Shown here in pieces: positions 1 through 6,487 of a DNA stretch of 13,368 bases. Under the pieces are notes generated by a model. That model saw only the letters and a list, made by a program, of their open reading frames with translations, made no database searches and was not told the origin of the DNA. This DNA is from Candidatus Oleincola secundus. GTDB taxonomy: Bacteria; Atribacterota; Phoenicimicrobiia; Phoenicimicrobiales; Stramentimicrobiaceae. The position numbers were made by a program, and so were the translations under genes. The stretch's first letter is position 1; each line of letters starts with the position of its first letter. Where the stretch lies: NCBI GenBank assembly GCA_018400815.1, contig JAGYLS010000047.1, positions 1-13,368 on the forward strand. The letters run 5' to 3'.

Positions 1-1
1 T

Positions 2-1108
2 CATCCTGATGCAAATGAACATACTACTGAATATGTTCTTCCTGCCGCATTGCCGGTAGCTGAAAAATTAAGGTGCAGTGGAAAAGACCTAATATTGGCT
101 GTTGCCTTGGGAAATGAGATAATTTCAAGAATTGGTGCTTCTGTTCATACAATTACTGGTGTTAGCATGGCTAGAACCCATTCCGTGTTTAGGGTTTGGG
201 GGCCTGTTATTGCAGTGGGGAAATTATTAGGATTAAGCAAACCAGAGATGATTGATGCCATAGGTCTTTCTTATACACAAGGTGGTTGTGATAATAAGAT
301 GTTTGTAGATGGGGTTTTAAAAATAAGAGCCCAACATGGTTTGGTAGCTGATACTGCTATAAAATGTGTTTATATGGCTCAACGCGGTATAACGGGTACT
401 AGAAAAGTACTTGAAGGAGAGAAGGGTTTTTATGAAGCTTTTTATCCTAGGTATGACCTGAATTGGATTTTAAATGGATTGGAAGAGAAAAATTTTATCG
501 CAACAAAGACAATTATTAAAGGTTATCCCACTTGTACTTATACCCATAGCTCCATAGAGACTGCCTTAGAATGCATAATCGAAAATGATATTCAGCCTGA
601 AGAAATAAAAGAAGTCAAGGTGGGAGTAAATACCCCGACTTATGAATTAGTTGCATTGCCTTTAGAGAGCAGATATCATCCGGTAACACCTGCTGATGCC
701 CAATTTAGTATTCCTTATTCGGTAGCATGTGCAGTTGTAAATAGAAAAGTATTTATTGATGATTATCTGGATAAAGCCCTTAAAAGACAAGAAATACAGG
801 AAATGACTCAAAAGGTGAGGGTTGAAGTAGATCCTGATATAGAAAAAACTGACCCTGTTGGATTTGCGGGAGCAAAGGTATTAGTAATTACTAAAAATGG
901 TAAGAAATATGATAAGAGAATTGACCATGTTAAGGGAACCCCTCAAAATCCCATGTCCTCAGAAGAACTTGAAAAAAAATTCAGGGGATGTATGAATTTT
1001 TCAGTTAATAAATTAGCTGAAACCAATATAGATAATATTATTGATAAATTTAGGAATCTTGAAGATGAGACTGATGTTTCTCAGCTAGTTAAATTATTAT
1101 GCCCATAG
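2..1108 (+). CDS. MmgE/PrpD family protein (5'-truncated by window edge)
   Basis: The frame is open from base 2 (HPDANEHTTEYVLPAALPVAE...), so the TTG at 50 is not the real start. Family motifs: H...H..VLPAAL.VAE, SGKDLILAVALGNEI, G.TG...LEGEKGFY, IKGYPTC.YTH, AQFSIPY, KGTPQNPMS.EEL..KF. Confidence 0.9.
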   Translation, partial: HPDANEHTTEYVLPAALPVAEKLRCSGKDLILAVALGNEIISRIGASVHTITGVSMARTHSVFRVWGPVIAVGKLLGLSKPEMIDAIGLSYTQGGCDNKMFVDGVLKIRAQHGLVADTAIKCVYMAQRGITGTRKVLEGEKGFYEAFYPRYDLNWILNGLEEKNFIATKTIIKGYPTCTYTHSSIETALECIIENDIQPEEIKEVKVGVNTPTYELVALPLESRYHPVTPADAQFSIPYSVACAVVNRKVFIDDYLDKALKRQEIQEMTQKVRVEVDPDIEKTDPVGFAGAKVLVITKNGKKYDKRIDHVKGTPQNPMSSEELEKKFRGCMNFSVNKLAETNIDNIIDKFRNLEDETDVSQLVKLLCP

Positions 1109-1130
1109 TTTTGAGGAGAGGAGAAAATTT

Positions 1131-2423
1131 ATGAAACTCACTGATAAAGAGAAAATGATGTTGTCTGGAGAAGAGGGAGATGCAGTTCAAAAGGGCATGG
1201 AGTTATTAATTGATTATGGCGAAGCCTTGGGAGCAGAAAAACTTATAGATACGAATAATGTTCATGTACTTACTCCCTTTTATTTTTATCCGGATATATT
1301 GAATAAATATCTAGATATAAATGATATAGATGATTTCATTTCCAAATCAGTTTTAAACACAGATAATAAGGTAATTGTTGATAGAGTCAAGGCATTTACT
1401 ACTTCTCATATCCCGGCAGTTGATTTAGAATATTTTGATTTATTGGAGGCAAGTAAAGGACGAGACCCAGACAATTTTTATGAAATGGTTGTGCAAATGC
1501 AGAATTATTGTACTAGGATTGGCATAAACATGAGTGCAACATGTACTCCGTATACAGTAGGAAATGTTCCTATAAAAGGAGAGCATTGTGCTTGGACAGA
1601 ATCTTCTGCCATTTCATATGCTAACTCTGTTCTTGGTGCTAGAACAAATATAGAAGGAGACCATAGTTCTTTTGCTTCAGCTATAACTGGCAAGACAGCA
1701 TATTGGGGAATGCATCTTTCTAAGAATAGAACTGGAGAGATAATGATTGATGTTGAAGCACAGCCACAGGACACTATGGATTGGGATTTGCTCGGATATT
1801 ACACTGGCTTTAAGGTTGGTTTAAAAGTGCCAGTTTATAATAATATCAAGACAACTGCTAATATGAGAAGATTAATGGCTTTGTGTTCGGCCGGTGCAGC
1901 TTCAGGGGCAGTTATCATGTATCATGTTATAGGAATAACTCCGGAAGCTAATACAATAGCTGAAGCTTTTGGGAATAAAAAACCGGTGGACATAATGAAT
2001 TATGGTAAAACAGAAAGAGAAGAATCATATAACAAGTTAAATTGTAGTAGTTCTGATAATATTGATTTTGTGTTATTAGGATGTCCTCATTATACTATCC
2101 AGGAAATTAATTATATAGCAAATATCTTGGAAGATAAAAAAGTGGCAGATGGGGTAAAGCTATTTATATTTACTAATATGCAACATAAAGCTTTGGCCAA
2201 AAAAAGTGGTTATTTAGATACAATTGAAAGGTCAGGGGGGAAGTTAATAATTGATAGTTGTCCTTTAAATACCAAAATATCTCCTTCCAATGTTATTGCT
2301 ACTGATTCGGCGAAAATATCTCATACTAGCGGTGGAATGAAAGGATGGAAGAATGTTTGGTATGGAAGAACCAAAGAATGTATTGAAGCTGCCATATCAG
2401 GTAAATGGAGAGGTGAGTTATGA
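1131..2423 (+). CDS. Aconitase X (AcnX type II) large/catalytic Fe-S subunit, DUF521 family
   Basis: MKLTD.EK.ML.GEEG, SATCTPY (C138), AWTESSAISYANSVLGARTN.EG, ASGAV.MYHV.GITPEA, LGCPH (C318), DSCP (C377), ATDSAK, C-terminal CIEAAISG. RBS GAGGAGAGGAG at 1113-1123. Confidence 0.92.
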   Translation: MKLTDKEKMMLSGEEGDAVQKGMELLIDYGEALGAEKLIDTNNVHVLTPFYFYPDILNKYLDINDIDDFISKSVLNTDNKVIVDRVKAFTTSHIPAVDLEYFDLLEASKGRDPDNFYEMVVQMQNYCTRIGINMSATCTPYTVGNVPIKGEHCAWTESSAISYANSVLGARTNIEGDHSSFASAITGKTAYWGMHLSKNRTGEIMIDVEAQPQDTMDWDLLGYYTGFKVGLKVPVYNNIKTTANMRRLMALCSAGAASGAVIMYHVIGITPEANTIAEAFGNKKPVDIMNYGKTEREESYNKLNCSSSDNIDFVLLGCPHYTIQEINYIANILEDKKVADGVKLFIFTNMQHKALAKKSGYLDTIERSGGKLIIDSCPLNTKISPSNVIATDSAKISHTSGGMKGWKNVWYGRTKECIEAAISGKWRGEL

Positions 2424-2836
2424 TGAATAAAACAATAAAGGGAAGGAAGGTTTATAGAGGAATAGCAGAGGGAGAAGCATTAGTTTCAGAAGATCCTATA
2501 GCTTTTTGTGCAGGCATTGATCCCAATACAGGGGTTATTACTGAAAGAGGACATAGATTAAATGGTCAAAGTATGAGCGGGAAAATACTCATTTTCCCAT
2601 CTGGTAAAGGTTCATCAGCTTTTTCTAAAGCAGCCTATGCTCTTTGGTTGGCAGGGAAATCCCCGGCTGCTTGTGTGATTAATAAAATTAATCCCCAAAC
2701 TGCTTTATCGTCTATTGTGATGCATACGCCAACTGTAACTGATTTAGAAATCGATCCGACAAAAGTCATCAAAACTGGCGACTTGGTAAAAGTAGATGGA
2801 GATAGGGGAATAGTTGAAATTGAAAAAAGATGTTAA
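2420..2836 (+). CDS. Aconitase X small (swiveling-domain) subunit, DUF126 family
   Basis: G.AEGEALVS.DPI.F..GIDP.TG.I...GH.L.GQS..GKILIFP.GKGSS and TGD.VKVDG.RG.VEI. Start overlaps the upstream stop (ATGATGA). The second ATG at 2423 is better spaced from the RBS GAGGTG at 2410-2415. Confidence 0.92.
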   Translation: MMNKTIKGRKVYRGIAEGEALVSEDPIAFCAGIDPNTGVITERGHRLNGQSMSGKILIFPSGKGSSAFSKAAYALWLAGKSPAACVINKINPQTALSSIVMHTPTVTDLEIDPTKVIKTGDLVKVDGDRGIVEIEKRC

Positions 2837-2863
2837 TACTGTTGGATTGTTTTAAAATATTAA

Positions 2864-2960
2864 GCTAGAGTAGATGACCTGCGTTTAAGTGTTAGAGAAT
2901 GGGACGTTGTCTCTAAACGAAAGGACTATAGTCTTGCGATGGGTCATCGCGTCCGCTGCT
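2864..2960 (+). ncRNA. THF (tetrahydrofolate, class I) riboswitch aptamer
   Basis: AGAGUA-GAUGACCU-GCGUUUAAGUG-UUAGAGA-AU-GGGACG-UUG-UCUCUAA-ACG-AA-AGGAC-UAUA-GUCUU-GCG-AU-GGGUCAUC-G-CGUCC-GCUGC. Stems GAUGACCU/GGGUCAUC, UUAGAGA/UCUCUAA and AGGAC/GUCUU, pseudoknot GGACG/CGUCC. Lies directly upstream of a folT-like gene. Confidence 0.92.
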
Positions 2961-2984
2961 ACATCGAAAATGCCTTAATAAACA

Positions 2985-3026
2985 TTCTTCTTGATGTAGC
3001 AGAAATAAAAGCTATATCAAGGAGAA
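2985..3026 (+). promoter_or_regulatory. SD-sequestering hairpin (translational expression platform of the THF riboswitch)
   Basis: TTCTTCTTGATGTAGC (2985-3000) pairs over 16 bp, including two G-U pairs, with GCTATATCAAGGAGAA (3011-3026), which contains the RBS AGGAG (3020-3024). Confidence 0.85.
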
Positions 3027-3033
3027 AAATTAA

Positions 3034-3561
3034 ATGAAGATATCATCACATAAAATTACCAATATGGGTTTTCTGATAGCCTTAAGTATTATACTTACCC
3101 GTATTGCCAGTTTAAGAATTGCTATTGGAGGAGTAGAAGGTATTAGAATAGGTCTAGGAAAATTTCCCGTTGTTTTAGGAGGTATCCTTTTCGGTCCATT
3201 AGCTGGAGGTTTAATTGGGGGATTTTCCGACTTATTAGGATACATCATCAATCCTATTGGGGCATATATGCCACATTTTACCTTAACCTCTGCTTTAATC
3301 GGGATTATCCCAGTCGTTGTTCTGCGATTATTAAAAAGGACAGAAGAAATCAAAACGATAGAATTGGGATTTTCAATTGCTATTGGTCATATCATAACTT
3401 CTTTAATAATGATTCCTTATTTCCTGCATACTATCTTTGGTATTCCATGGGTTGTTCTTATGCCTGCAAGAATGATTGCAGCGCCATTCAATATATTAAT
3501 CTATACATATATAATAAAAATATTACTTAAAAGGAATAATTTTATGGCTCATATTCAGTAA
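3034..3561 (+). CDS. folT: Folate ECF transporter S-component
   Basis: 175 aa, hydrophobic. Motifs IALSIILTR, IRIG.G..P..LGGILFGP..G...G..SDLLG....P.GAY.P.FTLTSAL.G.IP. THF riboswitch upstream. Confidence 0.9.
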   Translation: MKISSHKITNMGFLIALSIILTRIASLRIAIGGVEGIRIGLGKFPVVLGGILFGPLAGGLIGGFSDLLGYIINPIGAYMPHFTLTSALIGIIPVVVLRLLKRTEEIKTIELGFSIAIGHIITSLIMIPYFLHTIFGIPWVVLMPARMIAAPFNILIYTYIIKILLKRNNFMAHIQ

Positions 3562-3562
3562 A

Positions 3563-3597
3563 AAAAGTTTCTTATTTTACTTTAATAAGAATCTTTT
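3563..3597 (+). terminator. Possible weak AT-rich terminator hairpin after folT
   Basis: AAAAG-T-TTCTTATT (3563-3576) pairs with AATAAGAA-T-CTTTT (3584-3597). The stem has few GC pairs. Confidence 0.35.
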
Positions 3598-3770
3598 ACT
3601 CTATACAGTGTTTTCTTTTTCTAATAATGGTAACAACATTGCTTATTTTGAATAATGAGAAATTATGATACAATTCTTGCATTAAGAGTGAGACAAAGGG
3701 TTATAGTCAACATTAGAATGTTAGAATGTTGCACAAAAAAGAGGTTATATAAGAAAGAAAAGAGGAGGGA

Positions 3771-3947
3771 ATTGTTTTAAAAGAATTGTTTGATCGTTAC
3801 ACTAAAGAAATGGGTAGTTTTGACTGTAAACCTTTAAAAGATAGGTATAGGACAGAAGAAAAAAAATGCTATGATATCATTATTAAAGGTGCTGAAATTT
3901 TAGATGAAATTGTAGTAAGAGAAAAAAGAAAAAGGAGAATGTTGTAG
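3771..3947 (+). pseudogene. 3' remnant resembling a C-GCAxxG-C-C family putative redox protein
   Basis: Translates to IVLKELFDRYTKEMGSFDCKPLKDRYRTEEKKCYDIIIKGAEILDEIVVREKRKRRML*. The pattern F..E.GS..C..L...C..II..GAEIL.EI resembles the C-terminal half of that family. There is an in-frame TAA at 3750-3752 and no N-terminal half with the GCAxxG motif. Confidence 0.6.
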
Positions 3948-4007
3948 CCATCTATTTTTCTTTGGTAGGGAGTCCTTTTTTATTAAAAAAGAAAGGATAT
4001 AAATATT

Positions 4008-4649
4008 TTGAAGTATACGGCTATCATTTTTTTTGTAATTGTTACTTTTATTGATTTATATTTAATTAGTTCTAAGCAGGAAAAGAAACGTTATTACACT
4101 AAGCCTTTCATTATCCCGGGAATTATTCTTATTTATCTTTTATTCGCTCATCAATATAATAAATTTTTACTGGTAGCACTTTTATTCTCATTTTTTGGTG
4201 ATTTATTGTTACTTTTTTCAGAAAAAAAATTATTTTTTAGATTGGGATTATTTGCATTTTTATCCAGTCATATATTTTATATTTACACCTTTGTAGAAAA
4301 TATAGCTTTCAATAGAATATCTCCCTTCTGGATTCCCTTAGCATTAATTCCTTATCTTATTTATGCCTGGAAAATTTTTCGAGGTTTAAGACCATATTTA
4401 GAGCATTATTTTATCCCGGTAATTTTATATATTGTTACTATTATTGGAATGAGCTATGCTAGTCTGTTTCGTTTCTGGACAAGCCAGGGAATTTCTTATT
4501 GGTTTCCATTGATCGGTTCAATATTTTTCATAATCTCAGATACACTTTTAGCAACCCGAAATTTCAAATATGGGCAAAGAAAAGGATGGGTGAGTGTAAT
4601 GACTACCTATGTTTTGGCTCAACTATTCATTATGATAGGGTTTATTTAG
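4008..4649 (+). CDS. YhhN/TMEM86-like membrane protein (lysoplasmalogenase family)
   Basis: Motifs TKP, ALLFSFFGDLLL, F.LGL.AFL.SHIFYI, PVILY...I..M, GSIFFIISDTLLA, VM.TY.LAQ. TTG start with RBS AAGGA. Confidence 0.9.
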   Translation: MKYTAIIFFVIVTFIDLYLISSKQEKKRYYTKPFIIPGIILIYLLFAHQYNKFLLVALLFSFFGDLLLLFSEKKLFFRLGLFAFLSSHIFYIYTFVENIAFNRISPFWIPLALIPYLIYAWKIFRGLRPYLEHYFIPVILYIVTIIGMSYASLFRFWTSQGISYWFPLIGSIFFIISDTLLATRNFKYGQRKGWVSVMTTYVLAQLFIMIGFI

Positions 4650-4690
4650 CTAGAAAGATAGTAAAAAAATACAAAATATCTTAAAGTTTC

Positions 4691-4719
4691 TTGACATTGA
4701 CTGCCTAGATTGATAGCAT
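4691..4719 (+). promoter_or_regulatory. Sigma70-type promoter driving the ykkC riboswitch leader
   Basis: TTGACA (4691-4696), 17-bp spacer, TAGCAT (4714-4719), with an extended -10 TG at 4711-4712. The predicted TSS near 4726 is just upstream of the aptamer. Confidence 0.75.
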
Positions 4720-4739
4720 TTTAAATAATTTGTATCAAA

Positions 4740-4865
4740 ATGGGAGTATACCTAGGGTTCCGTTCTGGGAAATAGAAGCTGGACCAAGCGGTATAAGATC
4801 TATTTGTTTAATATAAGCCAAATAGATTACACTTTTGGGATAAAAACCCGGAGGATAGGTTCCAT
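4740..4865 (+). ncRNA. ykkC/yxkD-class riboswitch, subtype-2-like (ppGpp/PRPP-type architecture with P0 helix); ligand not assignable from sequence alone
   Basis: P0 AUGGGA (4740-4745)/UUCCAU (4860-4865). P1 UAUACC (4747-4752)/GGUAUA (4790-4795). Conserved CUAGGGUUCCG and GGACCAAGCG. P2 AUCUAUUUG/CAAAUAGAU. ACAC junction. P3 GGG-AUAAAAA-CCC, then GGAGGAUAGG. Confidence 0.9.
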
Positions 4866-4889
4866 AACTATTATCCTCCCGGGTTTTTT
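4842..4889 (+). terminator. Intrinsic terminator overlapping the 3' end of the ykkC aptamer (ligand-ON logic)
   Basis: AAAAACCCGGAGGATA (4842-4857) pairs with TATCCTCCCGGGTTTTT (4872-4888) with one bulged C, and the U-run continues to 4889. It is mutually exclusive with aptamer P3/P0. Confidence 0.88.
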
Positions 4890-5157
4890 ATATTTAATAT
4901 TTAATTGAAATATCTAAATTATATCAGGCTAGATTAAAAGACAAAATTTTCTGATTACATTGCAATGCTTCCTTTGAAGGGGGGAGAGAAAAATGTAGAA
5001 TAAACAAATACATTTATCATTTATATAGCAATATCAATATAAAGGCCACAAGTAAGGGAATTAAAGTAAAATTAAAAAAATTATCTTTTGGATTCATTAT
5101 TCATTATTTAAGGTTTAAGGTTAAAAGAAAGACTTTATAAATATAAGGAGTATAAAG

Positions 5158-6465
5158 ATGAGTAAAAATAATTTATTACCTGTTTCCGTCTTGATATTAA
5201 TATCAGGAGCTATGTTTTCTTCCCATTTTGGCGTAGGAGATCTTATTTTTCCACCAATTTTAGGAAGAGGTGCTGGAACAAGTTGGTTTATTGCTGCTTT
5301 AGGTTACATGATAGTTAATAGTGTTGGTGTTTGGTTAGCATACTTAGCCTGTGCTCATCAAAATAAGTCATTAGCTGGAATTGCAACTAATATATTAGGA
5401 GATGTTTTCGGAAAAATATATACTGCTATTCCAATATTGATTACTGTTTTCTTTATTCTACCCCGAGTTTCTTCAGCTACTCACGAAATGGCTGTTATGC
5501 CTTTGTTGCCTGGTATTCCCTTGTGGCTAACTTTAGCGGTATTTTTCTTGCTCTGTTATTACGTAGCATTCACCAGGGCTACAGTCATGGATAAATTAGG
5601 GAAATTGCTTGCCCCGGTCTTAATATTATTTGTGGTTATTTTAGTAATAAAAGGGATAGCTACCCCACTTGCTGCTCCAGAAGCACCGGAATCAACAAAT
5701 ATTTTAAGCACTGGGATGTTGGAAGCTTATAATACGATGAATGCGATAGCGGCACTCTTATTCGGTGGATGGGTTTTACATGAATTAAGTATGCGTAATA
5801 TAAAAACAAAAGAAGACCAAAGTGTTAATTTAAATGTTATCGGATTGTCTGCGGCTGTGCTTCTGGGCATTACCTCCACTGCTCTGGTTTATTTAGGAGC
5901 TTCTTCAGGTTCATTTTATCCTGAAGCTCCAATAGGGGTTCTTTCTACCAACATTTCTCTAGGTCTGTTAGGACAAGTTGGATTAGTAAGTTTTGCTATT
6001 ATAATGGCTTTTAGTTGCTTAACAACTGCAGCTGCAATTATTTCAATGGCTGGAGATATGTTCCTTGAGATGACTAATGGTAAACTCAGTTATAGGTTTA
6101 CAGTTACTTTAGCTACAATTGCGGGATTCACTTTAGGCCTGGTGGGATTAAGTAGAATAATAAACTATACTGTTCCCTGGTTAGTTTTGTTATATCCTTC
6201 AATAGTTGTGATAATTTTAAGTGGCTTATATTATAAATTTGAAAAAATCAGAAAAGCAGTTGTAGTTGGAGTGATTACGGCACTATTTTTTGGTCTAGGA
6301 GATATGCTTGCTTTTTATGGCCTTACAGGCAATTTTATTACACAATTGGCTTCTAAACTACCGCTTGGAGGCCAGGGAGTAGGTTGGATTTTACCTACGA
6401 TAATTATCATGGTCATAGCTCAAATAATTTTTAAACCGAAAGTTGAAGAAGGGAAAACTTCTTAG
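5158..6465 (+). CDS. BrnQ/LIVCS-family amino acid:cation symporter (divergent paralog)
   Basis: 435 aa, about 12 TM segments. Motifs FG.G.LIFPP.LG..AG, ILPR, D.LGK.L.P.L, Y.TM.A.AA..FG, LVYLGASS, CLTTA, GL..II...VP.L.LLYP, LPL...G.GWILP. RBS AAGGAG. Confidence 0.88.
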   Translation: MSKNNLLPVSVLILISGAMFSSHFGVGDLIFPPILGRGAGTSWFIAALGYMIVNSVGVWLAYLACAHQNKSLAGIATNILGDVFGKIYTAIPILITVFFILPRVSSATHEMAVMPLLPGIPLWLTLAVFFLLCYYVAFTRATVMDKLGKLLAPVLILFVVILVIKGIATPLAAPEAPESTNILSTGMLEAYNTMNAIAALLFGGWVLHELSMRNIKTKEDQSVNLNVIGLSAAVLLGITSTALVYLGASSGSFYPEAPIGVLSTNISLGLLGQVGLVSFAIIMAFSCLTTAAAIISMAGDMFLEMTNGKLSYRFTVTLATIAGFTLGLVGLSRIINYTVPWLVLLYPSIVVIILSGLYYKFEKIRKAVVVGVITALFFGLGDMLAFYGLTGNFITQLASKLPLGGQGVGWILPTIIIMVIAQIIFKPKVEEGKTS

Positions 6466-6487
6466 ATATAATTGAGTAGGAGAAAAT

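Noticed and set aside
1505..1774. 89-aa minus-strand ORF
   Set aside because: Antisense shadow inside the well-supported AcnX large subunit; no recognisable motif.
3030..3353. 107-aa minus-strand ORF
   Set aside because: Antisense shadow of folT.
4499..4684. 61-aa plus-strand ORF
   Set aside because: Alternative frame overlapping the yhhN-like gene; no RBS or motif.
4740..4865. Calling the ykkC element a guanidine-I riboswitch
   Set aside because: It has a P0 helix and the 3' AUAGG tail of subtype-2 (PRPP/ppGpp-like) aptamers, and no guanidine-related genes (SMR/Gdx exporter, carboxylase) lie downstream.
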